From: Bacillota bacterium
GTDB taxonomy: Bacteria > Bacillota > DTU025
DNA: 64,000 bases
Assembly (NCBI GenBank): GCA_050951805.1
Contig: JBMNJT010000008.1
Location: 416,001-480,000, forward strand
Direction: 5' to 3'
The notes under the pieces were generated by a model. The model was not told the origin of the DNA. It saw only the letters and a program-made list of their open reading frames with translations, and did not search any database. Every line of letters begins with the position of its first letter. Within the stretch, counting starts at the first letter, position 1. The translations under genes and the position numbers were made by a program. This document shows positions 20,165 through 29,597 of this stretch, one piece after another.

Positions 20165-20205
20165 GCATCTCAGCCTTAGTGAGCGGCTAAGGCTGAGATG
20201 CTTTT
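20165..20205 (+). terminator. Intrinsic terminator
   Basis: Perfect 15-bp stem GCATCTCAGCCTTAG/CTAAGGCTGAGATGC followed by TTTT. Confidence 0.75.
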
Positions 20206-20769
20206 GCGACTTGCTTACGCTGGACGTTAGCCAGGATACAGCTATCTGAAGGTCAAAGGACGAGCACATGCACAGCCAAAATGATGCGCCGGATCGCGTA
20301 TGGGGCGGGGAGTGCGTGCGAAGGATGATCCAGAGGCAAGTTTTGGCAGTACGCGGATGCCGAAAACAAGTAGCACATGTTCCTCGAAGGATATCCCAAC
20401 GCAAATGTGTGCAGTTCGGAGCTGGACGTGTGGTTCGCCGCTTCATTTCTGGAAATGCCTTTGACTGACAACAGAAACCGTCTACTATGGGTTGGGGAAA
20501 TTATCCGCGAGGCTTTGTTCGGGCAATACAGATTCTACGATAGAGAACTTTGCGGCGGCTAAACCAAAGAGGGCTACGACAAGCAATTTGAGAATGCGAC
20601 TTCTTCGAGTAACCCGACGAGCGCAAGGGTTACGGCGGAGGGAATTACGTGGGCCACGGCGATCAGCATCTATGGCCAGCTGAAGACGGTACAGGCCTGC
20701 GGGGTGCGGGGCTTATATCTTTTCTAGCAAGCAGCGCAGGGGCAAGTGCTATTGGATGAGGTGTGCTGT

Positions 20770-20798
20770 TTGACAGCCGCAGCAGCATATGCTATATT
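20770..20798 (+). promoter_or_regulatory. Sigma-A promoter for rplU-prp-rpmA
   Basis: TTGACA-17 bp-TATATT with extended TG. Confidence 0.75.
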
Positions 20799-20814
20799 TT
20801 AACCGCTGTGGGCG

Positions 20815-20930
20815 ACTCTGCGTGTCGCCTCAAGCCGCTCGGGGAAGGCTTCCAAATGGAGTGATCGCCAACTTGGTGGCACGCCTGCCTTCTGTTTTTC
20901 TCTTTTATCCCGGCGAGCCCAGAGTGCGAG
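20815..20930 (+). promoter_or_regulatory. L21 leader-like RNA element
   Basis: GCCGC...GGCGAGCCC motifs in the rplU 5' UTR resemble the Firmicutes L21 leader (from memory). Confidence 0.5.
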
Positions 20931-20944
20931 GAGGTAAAAGGATA

Positions 20945-21259
20945 GTGTATGCAATTATCGAAACCGGCGGAAAACAGTACCGTGTTGAGCCGGGGCAGGT
21001 CGTCCGTGTCGAGAAGCTGGACGCTGAGGTCGGCGACAGTATTGAATTCGACCGTGTGCTTATGGTGTCAGGCGACGATGGAATCAAGGTAGGTAGTCCA
21101 GTTGTTGACGGTGCAAGGGTCAAGGGCGCCATTCTTGAGCATGGTAAGGCCAAGAAGATCTATGTTTTCAAATATAAGGCTAAAAAACGAGTCCGCACGA
21201 AAACAGGACATAGGCAGCCGTTTACAGCGGTAAAGATCGAATCGATCTCGGTGGCATAG
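20945..21259 (+). CDS. rplU: 50S ribosomal protein L21
   Basis: [11 protein letters not shown]...GHRQPFT; GTG start after GGAGG. Confidence 0.96.
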   Translation: MYAIIETGGKQYRVEPGQVVRVEKLDAEVGDSIEFDRVLMVSGDDGIKVGSPVVDGARVKGAILEHGKAKKIYVFKYKAKKRVRTKTGHRQPFTAVKIESISVA

Positions 21260-21296
21260 TTTGCTCTGATGAGCGCGGTGCAAGAAGGTTTTTGCC

Positions 21297-21644
21297 GTGG
21301 TTAAGCTTCATGTTCGGCGTGTGGAGGGCCATGTGGTTCGGTTTGCCCTGCATGGGCATGCGGAATGCGGAGAATATGGCTATGATTTGGTATGTGCTGC
21401 TACGTCAGCTTTGACGATTGCCGCTGCAAATGGGCTTTTTGAGCATGCAGGTGTGTCTCGTGCCGTAAGGTATCGTTCCGGATACCTGGATTGCGTGATT
21501 TTGAATTGCCCATCTGCGGAGGTGCGTATGCGAGCCGATGCCGTTTTGGAGACCATGATTTCTGGGATTCGAGCCATAGCGCTAGAGTATCCAGAAAGTG
21601 TTTCCGTCGTTGACATCGGAGGTTCGGTCTCGGCGCGATATTGA
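21297..21644 (+). CDS. prp: Ribosomal-processing cysteine protease Prp (YsxB)
   Basis: GHA...DLVCAA catalytic His/Cys; lies between rplU and rpmA. Confidence 0.88.
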   Translation: MVKLHVRRVEGHVVRFALHGHAECGEYGYDLVCAATSALTIAAANGLFEHAGVSRAVRYRSGYLDCVILNCPSAEVRMRADAVLETMISGIRAIALEYPESVSVVDIGGSVSARY

Positions 21645-21722
21645 GGAGAAAGATGCGCCTTGGCGTTTGGCGTAGGCGTGTGAGTTAAGGCGAAATGAAA
21701 CGGAATCCGGGAGGTGTTTCCA

Positions 21723-22043
21723 ATGATCAGAATGGACCTTCAGCTATTTGCGAAGAAGAAGGGAGTCGGAAGCTCCCGAAACGGTCGTGACTCCCGTTCG
21801 CAGAGGCTCGGAGTTAAGAAGTTTGGCGGCCAATACGTTTCCGCCGGCAACATCATTGTCAGGCAGTGTGGGACTAAGGTTCACCCTGGTATCAATGTGG
21901 GGATGGGTAAGGACTATACCCTGTTTGCTCTGGCAGACGGTTATGTTCAGTTCGAGCACAACGGAAAGCGAAGCAAGAAGGTTTCAGTCGTTCCTGAGCT
22001 GCCTGTTGCCGAGGAGCCAGCGCATGTCGTTGAATCTATGTAG
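21723..22043 (+). CDS. rpmA: 50S ribosomal protein L27 with Prp-cleaved N-terminal extension
   Basis: [24 protein letters not shown]. Confidence 0.96.
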   Translation: MIRMDLQLFAKKKGVGSSRNGRDSRSQRLGVKKFGGQYVSAGNIIVRQCGTKVHPGINVGMGKDYTLFALADGYVQFEHNGKRSKKVSVVPELPVAEEPAHVVESM

Positions 22044-22060
22044 TTGGTGATTGGAGGCTG

Positions 22061-22099
22061 AAGGGCTCGCATCAGGTGTGCTTGATGTGGGCCCTTTTG
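22061..22099 (+). terminator. Intrinsic terminator after rpmA
   Basis: AAGGGCTCGCATCA...TGATGTGGGCCCTT followed by TTGT. Confidence 0.7.
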
Positions 22100-22136
22100 T
22101 TATCGCTGTGCTACTCCTTCTGAGAGGGTGAGGTTG

Positions 22137-24848
22137 ATGGGCAAGATACCAGTCTGGGCTAGAGTCTTGATAGTGGCCATTATTATCGTGGCAGTCGGGT
22201 GGAAGACGATTTCTAATATAACGACTGAGTATCTGTGGTACCAGGACTTGGGGTATGTGAGTGTATTCTGGAAGTGCCTGGAAGCGAGGGTTGCTGTCGC
22301 AGCAGCGATATTCGCCGTGACATTTGCCTTTGTTGCTGCAAATCTTCTGTCAATGAAATCGGCGTCGAAAGCTATGCCAAGACGATCGGCACTTTTCCTG
22401 GCTACAATTGCGGGAGTGTTGACTGCCGGGTTTTCTACAGATTTGTGGATGGAATTCCAGCAGTTTGTGCATGCTACGCCGTTTGGGAAAGCAGACCCGA
22501 TTTTCGGCCAAGATGTAGGCTTCTACGTTTTCCGATATCCCTTCCTTAAAGAAGTCTACAAAGGCGCAATATGGGTTGTGGGCTTGAGCGCTACCTTTGT
22601 CATTCTTGTCTACCTTTTTTCCGGATCGCTGATCAGATTTAGCCGAGAAGAAGTGGAAGAACCCGCAATAGGCAGCCGCCGCAGGAGGCCCAGGCGAGGA
22701 AGGCTTCTATTGGAACAGGCTGATCCCGGCGCGAAGCTTCACATAGGCATACTTCTTGCCATCGTTTTTTGTGTTGTGGCTTTCGGTTATTGGCTTGACA
22801 TGCGGGGATTGGTCTATTCCGAGAGGGGAGTTGGCATAGGCGCAAGCTATGCTGATGTACATGGCGCTCTACCAGGCATGCGGCTTATGCTCTTCATGTC
22901 CCTGGCAGCTGCAGTAATCATGATAATCTCTGCCATATCACAGACTCGTGCAAAGACATTGGCATGGATGGCTGCTACGGTAGTGATCATGGGAGTCTTT
23001 TCGCTACTGGCTGTAAATGTCTATCCCAATCTAGTCCAGCGCCTCTATGTGACGCCCAACGAGTTGAGGGCAGAAAGGGAGTACATCTCGCACAACATCG
23101 ACTTCACCAGAAGTGCTTTTGGTCTCGACAGTATCGAAGAGAAGGAATACGTTGTGGATCAGAACCTCTCCTGGACCGACGTTAACTCGGCACGGGCCAC
23201 TCTCGACAGCATAAGGCTTTGGGACTGGGAGCCATTGCTTGCAACTTACGGGCAACTTCAGGGCATGCGGCTTTACTACCAGTTTAACGATGTGGACGTT
23301 GATAGGTACCTTGTTGACGGCAACCTTGTCCAGGTTATGCTGGCTGCAAGAGAGCTCGACGTGGAAAGTCTGCCGCCTCAGGCGCAGACATGGGTCAACA
23401 GGCGTCTCAAGTACACGCATGGCTACGGCGTGTGTGCGAGTCCTGCGAATGAGATAGGCCCTGACGGACTTCCCACATTCCTATTGCGAGATATACCGCC
23501 TAAAGGTTCTGATAGCCTCGAGATTGAGCGGCCTGAGATATACTTCGGTGAACTTACTCGCGATTGGGTTGTCGTCAATACGAAGACTGAAGAGTTTGAC
23601 TATCCGGTAGGTGATACCAATAAGTCTACCCGGCACATGGGTGACTCCGGTGTCCGCATTTCCAATCCTCTGCGGCGCGCGATGTTCGCCACGAAGTTTT
23701 CCGACGCTAGGCTGCTGTTGTCGTCTGATATCACTTCTGACAGCAGGATATTATTTGATAGGGAGATTGGGCAGCGTGCTAGAAAAATAGTCCCATTCCT
23801 CAGCTATGACAGTGATCCATACATCGTAGTTGCTGACGGTAGGCTGATATGGATTTTAGATGGCCTTACCACGTCAGACCGATATCCTTTTTCCGAAAGA
23901 TATGTGGGAGGCATCAACTACATCAGGAATTCCGTGAAGGTCACGATTGATGCCTATACCGGCCAGACGGATTTCTATCTCATCGACAGAAATGACCCGG
24001 TGGCGGTTACGTACGCAAAGATATTCCCGGGACTGTTTAAGGAAGCCGATGAAATGCCGCAAAGCATACGTGAACACGTGCGTTATCCAGAAGACCTCTT
24101 CACGATTCAGGCCAAGATGTACGGGATGTACCATATGAGAGATCCCGAGGTGTTCTACAACAAGGAAGACCTCTGGGCAATTCCAAATGAGCTTTACGGT
24201 GGTTCTGAACGCGAAGTGAGCCCTTACTATATCCGATTGGTGCTTCCAGGTGAGTCCGATATGGGCTTCGTTCTTTTCGTGCCGTTCACGCCTTCACGGA
24301 AGGACAACATGGTTGCATGGCTCGCGGTAAACAGCGATATGGATGATTTCGGCCGGATGGTGGCGTACAAGTTCGGAAAGCAAAAGGTCATATTTGGCCC
24401 AATGCAGATAGAGGCCCAGATAGACCAGGACGCAGAGATCTCAAAGATGCTGTCGCTGTGGAATCAGAGCGGGTCAACTGTTATTCGGGGCAACCTGTTG
24501 GTGTATCCTATTGGCGGCGGATTGCTGTACGTGGAACCGCTATTTCTGGCAGCTCAGACAAGCCAGCTGCCCCAGTTGAAGCGCGTGGTGCTATGCGACG
24601 GAGCCAAGGTCGCCATAGGAAGCGATCTGTGGAGCGCTCTTGACGCGATGCTTTCCGGGCATGGCGAAGGAGCGACAGGTAGTTTTCTCGATTCGGATGA
24701 GCTTGGCAATACAAGGGAACTGGCTCATCAGGCCCTCAAACTCTACCAGCAGGCTCGCGATCGCCTCAAAGATGGCGACCTGGCAGGTTATGACAGCATA
24801 CAGCGGGAGCTAGAGGACTTGCTTGAGTCTATGGCAACCGAAGAATAG
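22137..24848 (+). CDS. UPF0182 (COG1615) family membrane protein
   Basis: DPIFGQDVGFYVF, IRLWD, DVDRY, YTHGYG, NYIRNSVK, RYPEDLF, GNLLV. Confidence 0.92.
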   Translation: MGKIPVWARVLIVAIIIVAVGWKTISNITTEYLWYQDLGYVSVFWKCLEARVAVAAAIFAVTFAFVAANLLSMKSASKAMPRRSALFLATIAGVLTAGFSTDLWMEFQQFVHATPFGKADPIFGQDVGFYVFRYPFLKEVYKGAIWVVGLSATFVILVYLFSGSLIRFSREEVEEPAIGSRRRRPRRGRLLLEQADPGAKLHIGILLAIVFCVVAFGYWLDMRGLVYSERGVGIGASYADVHGALPGMRLMLFMSLAAAVIMIISAISQTRAKTLAWMAATVVIMGVFSLLAVNVYPNLVQRLYVTPNELRAEREYISHNIDFTRSAFGLDSIEEKEYVVDQNLSWTDVNSARATLDSIRLWDWEPLLATYGQLQGMRLYYQFNDVDVDRYLVDGNLVQVMLAARELDVESLPPQAQTWVNRRLKYTHGYGVCASPANEIGPDGLPTFLLRDIPPKGSDSLEIERPEIYFGELTRDWVVVNTKTEEFDYPVGDTNKSTRHMGDSGVRISNPLRRAMFATKFSDARLLLSSDITSDSRILFDREIGQRARKIVPFLSYDSDPYIVVADGRLIWILDGLTTSDRYPFSERYVGGINYIRNSVKVTIDAYTGQTDFYLIDRNDPVAVTYAKIFPGLFKEADEMPQSIREHVRYPEDLFTIQAKMYGMYHMRDPEVFYNKEDLWAIPNELYGGSEREVSPYYIRLVLPGESDMGFVLFVPFTPSRKDNMVAWLAVNSDMDDFGRMVAYKFGKQKVIFGPMQIEAQIDQDAEISKMLSLWNQSGSTVIRGNLLVYPIGGGLLYVEPLFLAAQTSQLPQLKRVVLCDGAKVAIGSDLWSALDAMLSGHGEGATGSFLDSDELGNTRELAHQALKLYQQARDRLKDGDLAGYDSIQRELEDLLESMATEE

Positions 24849-24865
24849 GCAGGGAGCGAGGGACT

Positions 24866-25849
24866 GTGGTAGGCTTGGCGGAATTGGATTTAAAGACTAA
24901 CTGGAAAGATGGCATCTGTGAAATAACTGGGTTTGACAGCTTCAACTTGCATTCTTCGTGCCATTGTGGCCAAGCATTTCGTTGGCGCACATCTGGATCG
25001 AGAGGGCAGTTGGAAGAAGGCGTGGTTCGTGGGAAGTTGCTTCGTCTTGAACAACGCGATGATGCGCTCATAATCCATCCGCCAGTCGATGATGAGACGG
25101 TCAGAATTGCCATCGACTATTTTCGCCTCGCCGTTCCGCATAGTCCGATAGAAGAGGCTATAGCTGCCACAGACGAGATCATGTTCGAGGCGGTTGAGAG
25201 GAATCGGGGTCTTCGAATCGTTGCTCAAGAGCCTTGGGAATGCCTGGTGTCCTACATTATATCGGCAAGGAATAGCATACCTCAGATCTCGCGTACAGTG
25301 GAGAGGATAGCGGAAGCATGGGGTGCGCCCGTATTTGACGTTCCGACTTCGCATGATGGCGGGGGCCGAGATGGATTAGTGGATGCGGGCGGCTATGAGG
25401 CCAGTGGGAAGAAGGTGTGGTACGCCTTCCCCGGTCCGCGCGAGATGTGCTGCGCCACAGTGGATGAGCTGGCGGCATGCAAGACTGGTTTCAGGGCGCG
25501 GTCAGTCTGCGAAGCGGCCAACAGAGTAGCGTCGGGCGACATCGATCTTGACGGAATCGCATCGTTGGACTATCCTCTTGCCAAGGAAGAGTTGATCCGA
25601 CTGCGCGGTGTGGGCGAGAAGGTTGCAGACTGTGTTCTACTCTTTTCTATGGGAAAGTATGAAGCGTTCCCGGTGGATGTATGGATCGAACGAGCAGTTA
25701 GGCACCTGTATTTCGACGGTGAGGAAATCAGCCACCGTGAGATTCGCAAGTGGGCTGCAGGCAAGTTCGGAGAGGTTGCCGGACCTGCCCAAGAATATCT
25801 GTTTGCCTATGCCCGTGAGGCGATACCTGAGAAACTCAAGAAGGGGTAG
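24866..25849 (+). CDS. 8-oxoguanine DNA glycosylase (Ogg1-like, HhH-GPD family)
   Basis: CGQAFRW, QEPWECLVSYI, LRGVGEKVADC, FPVDVW, AQEYLF; start uncertain. Confidence 0.88.
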   Translation: MVGLAELDLKTNWKDGICEITGFDSFNLHSSCHCGQAFRWRTSGSRGQLEEGVVRGKLLRLEQRDDALIIHPPVDDETVRIAIDYFRLAVPHSPIEEAIAATDEIMFEAVERNRGLRIVAQEPWECLVSYIISARNSIPQISRTVERIAEAWGAPVFDVPTSHDGGGRDGLVDAGGYEASGKKVWYAFPGPREMCCATVDELAACKTGFRARSVCEAANRVASGDIDLDGIASLDYPLAKEELIRLRGVGEKVADCVLLFSMGKYEAFPVDVWIERAVRHLYFDGEEISHREIRKWAAGKFGEVAGPAQEYLFAYAREAIPEKLKKG

Positions 25850-25880
25850 GCGGAGTGGCTGACCGGATAGATAGTCGAAA

Positions 25881-25896
25881 AAGTGATTTTGCCCCC
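25881..25896 (+). repeat. Left target site duplication of the IS
   Basis: AAGTGATTTTGCCCCC, identical to 27478-27493. Confidence 0.9.
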
Positions 25897-27477
25897 TGTC
25901 AACCGACTGTGAAAATGTCACCCCTTTTGGGGGTTAATCCGACTGAGAAAATGTCACCCCTGTGGTTGTGTTCCGCTGGCGACCCGCGCATTATGCTCAG
26001 GCTCGCGGCCGAGTCAAGGATCGGCCTGCGGCCTGCTTTGCTCCTTGACTCGGCCTCTGCGCCTGATTGAGATTAGGGTGCCGCCAGCGGGAAACTGTTG
26101 TTTTGTCTGTTTTTGGTCTGGGTCGCCTCGCGTGCTTGCTGAATGTGTTGTTGACGCTCGTAGCTCGCACGTTTCCATGGATGATCATCCGGGGGCTTCC
26201 ATGGCATCCTCGGGGCTTTAGGCTCTTGGGCTGCAGCCGAGGTTGAGTCTTCGATTGCCGGTGTGGAGTTGAACTCGGCTAGGCTGTAGCATTTTCCCTT
26301 GTAGAGTGCGTTGATTGACCCGTCCATGTGCGTAAGCACGAAAACGGGATCCTTCCTGGCCAATCCGACAACGTGGCCGTATGCATCCAGAAGACGGAAC
26401 TTGGTGCCATGGTAGGATATGAGTGATCCTCCCAGCCCTTGACGAGATTCCCTGATCGAAAGAATCATGTCGAGATCCATGTCGGGGGGCGGGTGTCTCA
26501 TCAGCTGCGGGAACGGCAAAACGGGCGTTGTACCTAGGAATATATCCGGGAAGGAACTGATTTGCCTGTTCGATTGTATTGATTCCGGCAAGGCGCATCT
26601 CAATAGGCAGCCTTCCCTGAAGCGTCTCCCATGCGCGCTCAATACGGCCCTTTGCTTGAGGCGAATGCGCTGGTATGTGAGTGATCTGTAGTTCATCGAG
26701 AATGCGGCCTATCTGGGTAAGATTAACCCGCTTTCCCTGGAGTTGTTCTTCGATGGTGAGCTTGTCCATCTTGGGCGAGAAAAACATGGTATGGCGGTCA
26801 GAATACAAGCACAGCGGTATGCCGTTGTTCTCGAGCACCTGACGGAACACATGGAGGTATCCTATGATGTCTTCCTGAGGCCTGAAATACAGGCCCAGGA
26901 TGGCTCCGGTGGCATCATCGATGATCCCATGAAGCGACATAGCTGGGCCTCTTCCTTCGAGCCAGTCATAGGGACTGGCATCGCATTGGAGCAAGATCCC
27001 CGATTGGGGTTTTCGCTCTCGCATGCGTCTGTGGCGCGGGGCTCTTTTGGTGGAGCACACTATCCCGGCCCTCTTAAGCAATCGTTGTACAGTGCGTGGA
27101 CTCACCGAGATCTGATAGCCCTCTGCCATGAGCTCGGACATATGGGTGCAATTTGCGTCTTTCAGGTCGGTCTGAGCTAGCTCGATGATGCGTGCCGCGA
27201 TTGATGGGTCTAAAGCATGCTTGGGCTTGCGTCCGGCATTGCCATGCCCTAGGGCCTGGATTCCGTTACTCTGCATCTCCTTTTTGATCCGTTTGATCTG
27301 GCGGACACTTAATCCAAGCATATTGGCAGCCTGCGCGTTTGTGATTTGCCCGGCGGCAAGCTGATCCATTACGAAGACCCTCTTCCGTAATTTTTCCGTC
27401 AAGATGATGTCCCCCTTGTTCATGGGTGACATTATCTCAGACGCGTTATGGGGTGACAATATCACAGACGCGTAACA
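25897..27477 (-). mobile_element. IS1202-family (ISNCY-like) insertion sequence with 16-bp target site duplication
   Basis: Imperfect terminal IRs TGTCAACCGACTGTGAAAATGTCACCCC and TGTTACGCGTCTGTGATATTGTCACCCC (reverse complement); flanked by AAGTGATTTTGCCCCC at 25881-25896 and 27478-27493. Confidence 0.9.
26073..27402 (-). pseudogene. DDE transposase (IS1202/ISNCY type), frameshifted near 26490
   Basis: HTH (LGLSVRQIKR), QCDAS, YSDRH, PQAKGRIER; C-terminus (PPDMDLD...PDDHPWKR) continues in another frame; probable TTG start at 27402 after AAGGGGG. Confidence 0.85.
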
Positions 27478-27493
27478 AAGTGATTTTGCCCCC
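27478..27493 (+). repeat. Right target site duplication of the IS
   Basis: AAGTGATTTTGCCCCC, identical to 25881-25896. Confidence 0.9.
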
Positions 27494-27522
27494 TTGCATG
27501 CCTCGAGGTCGTACGTTATAAT
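27494..27522 (+). promoter_or_regulatory. Sigma-A promoter of tRNA operon 1
   Basis: TTGCAT-17 bp-TATAAT, 21 nt upstream of tRNA-Val. Confidence 0.8.
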
Positions 27523-27543
27523 AATTAAGCGCCGGGCGGCAAA

Positions 27544-27619
27544 GGGCGAATAGCTCAGTTGGGAGAGCGCCTGCCTTACACGCAGGAGGTCACAGGTTCG
27601 AGCCCTGTTTCGCCCACCA
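27544..27619 (+). tRNA. tRNA-Val(TAC)
   Basis: Cloverleaf, anticodon loop CT-TAC-AC, GGTTCGA, encoded CCA. Confidence 0.95.
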
Positions 27620-27645
27620 CTTTAAGATAAGGTTTTAAGTTGTGC

Positions 27646-27722
27646 GGAGGCGTAGTGTAGCGGTTGAACATGCCTGCCTGTCACGCAGGAGATCGCGGGT
27701 TCGAGTCCCGTCGCCTCCGCCA
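27646..27722 (+). tRNA. tRNA-Asp(GTC)
   Basis: Anticodon loop CT-GTC-AC, encoded CCA. Confidence 0.95.
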
Positions 27723-27742
27723 TTATTTTCGGTCAATGCTGA

Positions 27743-27818
27743 GCCGAGGTAGCTCAGTCGGTAGAGCAGGGGACTGAAAATCCCCGTGTCGGCAGTTCGA
27801 TTCTGCCCCTCGGCACCA
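27743..27818 (+). tRNA. tRNA-Phe(GAA)
   Basis: Anticodon loop CT-GAA-AA, encoded CCA. Confidence 0.95.
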
Positions 27819-27831
27819 TGTCGGGTTATAT

Positions 27832-27906
27832 GCGGAAGTGGCTCAGCGGTAGAGCATCGCCTTGCCAAGGCGAGGGTCGCGGGTTCGAATCCCGTCTTCC
27901 GCTCCA
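27832..27906 (+). tRNA. tRNA-Gly(GCC)
   Basis: Anticodon loop TT-GCC-AA, encoded CCA. Confidence 0.95.
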
Positions 27907-27944
27907 TAGATTTTCCACACGGCCCTATGGCCGTGTCATTTGCC

Positions 27945-28019
27945 GGCGACATAGCCAAGTGGTAAGGCAGCGGTCTGCAAAACCGCTATTCCCCGGTTCG
28001 AATCCGGGTGTCGCCTCCA
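27945..28019 (+). tRNA. tRNA-Cys(GCA)
   Basis: Anticodon loop CT-GCA-AA, encoded CCA. Confidence 0.95.
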
Positions 28020-28034
28020 AATTAGATCGGTTTT

Positions 28035-28111
28035 GGGGTGCTAGCTCAGTTGGTTAGAGCGCAACGTTGACATCGTTGAGGCCAGTGGTTCGACTCCACT
28101 GCACCCCACCA
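28035..28111 (+). tRNA. tRNA-Val(GAC)
   Basis: Acceptor stem GGGGTGC/GCACCCC, anticodon loop TT-GAC-AT, encoded CCA. Confidence 0.93.
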
Positions 28112-28131
28112 TTGAATGGTTTCAGCCCCGA

Positions 28132-28175
28132 CCCCGAGGAATTGCCTTGATGCAGGTAAGCCTCGGGGCCTTTTC
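28132..28175 (+). terminator. Intrinsic terminator after tRNA operon 1
   Basis: CCCCGAGG...CCTCGGGG followed by CCTTTTC. Confidence 0.6.
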
Positions 28176-28613
28176 ATGTCCAGCACGATCGCTCCCGGTC
28201 GATGTCTTGGACGCCGCTTACCCTGCAATTGGTATGCAAGCCACATGCAGACTCTGCGGACATGTTTCAGCAGTATCTGGCTCTAAGGGCACGCGCTTCA
28301 GGCACAGATGTCGTTGCGCATGGAGGAGGCTTTTCGGGCAAGATATGCGTGCTGTTTCGGATATCGCCTTCGGCTGCAGGTTGCCTAAAAGGACTGTAGC
28401 GAGGTTTTTGACATTTAGGATCAGGCGTCTTCCTGCAAACCTCAAAAAGGGACGCGCCTCTGCATGTGACAGGTGGTGTAGCTCTGTTGCTGTGTACACG
28501 ATTTGCCCGTAGGGCGTTTTTTTGACATGCCTCAGAATCCGGGAAAAGACATTTAATCACGATATTGACCCGTATGCCATGTATTGAGACATTATGCCCC
28601 GTGTCTGCCCATC

Positions 28614-28642
28614 GTATACGCTTGTTGTCCCCGACATATACT
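28614..28642 (+). promoter_or_regulatory. Putative sporulation sigma (sigma-E-like) promoter of ytxC
   Basis: GTATA-16 bp-CATATACT upstream of the SD and ATG 28668. Confidence 0.45.
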
Positions 28643-28667
28643 AGTCGCTGAAGGGGGGCAAAGCGGG

Positions 28668-29597
28668 ATGGACTGCGTCCATATCGGCTCCTACCTCGCT
28701 GCTGACTCGTTGAGGAGGCGGCTCTTTAATGAGTTGGATGGTATGCGCGCTCAGGGCTTGGATGTGTCGGTAGAGATCAAATACCTGGGCGGGTTGACGA
28801 TGATAGAGTGCATGGCCAGCGCTCGCCCGGAGAGGCCGTTGGACGATAGTGAGCTGCGCTCCATATTTCGGCGGCGGCTCGCCAATGTTGTAGCTCGTCT
28901 GATTTTCGAGGAGTTGGAGAAATCTTTCATTCTTGAGACTCTCAGACATCGCCACCCCGAAATTGATGACAATGAGGCTGGGGAAGTGTCGGGCTATGCC
29001 ATAGCCATACTTAATGACGGGATCTTTGGAATGCTGGAACCTGCGATTCGTCTGAGTGAAGTGGCAGCCGACATAGAGGCGTATTTGCGCGATTCTAGCC
29101 TGTTGGTGGTTGAAGGCTTTGTGCGCTTCAGAATGAGGGAGTATTTGGACGAATTGCGGAGCTCTACGGAAGAGGCTATTGGCAAGTTCGTGGCTGAACG
29201 GGAACGCAAAGAGTTCGTTAAGCTTTTGAAGTACTTCGTAGATGTTCAGGAGGAACGCCAGGACGAGGTTCACGTGGTTCGAGACGGCGCAGGATTCGAG
29301 CTCAAGTCAGCAGATGGAACGCCGATAGAAGGAGATTATGTTGCTTCTTTAGCAGCGGATTTGTTGGGCGACGGAATTGAGGTTGTAGATCTCTTGATTA
29401 GCGCCCTCATAACTGTGGCTCCTCGAAAGGTAGTCCTCCATTTTGAGCCAGAGTTGGAAACTGCAGATACGCTGGATAGCGTATTCGAAGGCAGAGTAAT
29501 AAAGTGTTGCAACCCAGATTGTGGGTTTTCAGGCTGTGAAATGCGCATCCCGAATAGGGCTGGCAAAGGCCCCGTAAACCCAATTGGAAGGCGGTGA
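28668..29597 (+). CDS. ytxC: YtxC-like putative sporulation protein
   Basis: EGFVRFRM, EFVKLLKYFV, DLLISALITVAP, VFEGRV; directly upstream of thrS as in Bacillota. Confidence 0.85.
   Translation: MDCVHIGSYLAADSLRRRLFNELDGMRAQGLDVSVEIKYLGGLTMIECMASARPERPLDDSELRSIFRRRLANVVARLIFEELEKSFILETLRHRHPEIDDNEAGEVSGYAIAILNDGIFGMLEPAIRLSEVAADIEAYLRDSSLLVVEGFVRFRMREYLDELRSSTEEAIGKFVAERERKEFVKLLKYFVDVQEERQDEVHVVRDGAGFELKSADGTPIEGDYVASLAADLLGDGIEVVDLLISALITVAPRKVVLHFEPELETADTLDSVFEGRVIKCCNPDCGFSGCEMRIPNRAGKGPVNPIGRR

Noticed and set aside
21297-22043. L27 N-terminal extension with an adjacent protease
   Set aside because: This is the well-described Prp/L27 processing system of Firmicutes.
25897-25960. Short spaced repeats resembling a mini-CRISPR
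   Set aside because: Explained as internal repeats of the IS end; no cas genes and only two units.
27635-28560. ORF-track ORFs over tRNA operon 1 and the spacer after it
   Set aside because: They overlap tRNA genes or lack an SD and recognisable motifs.
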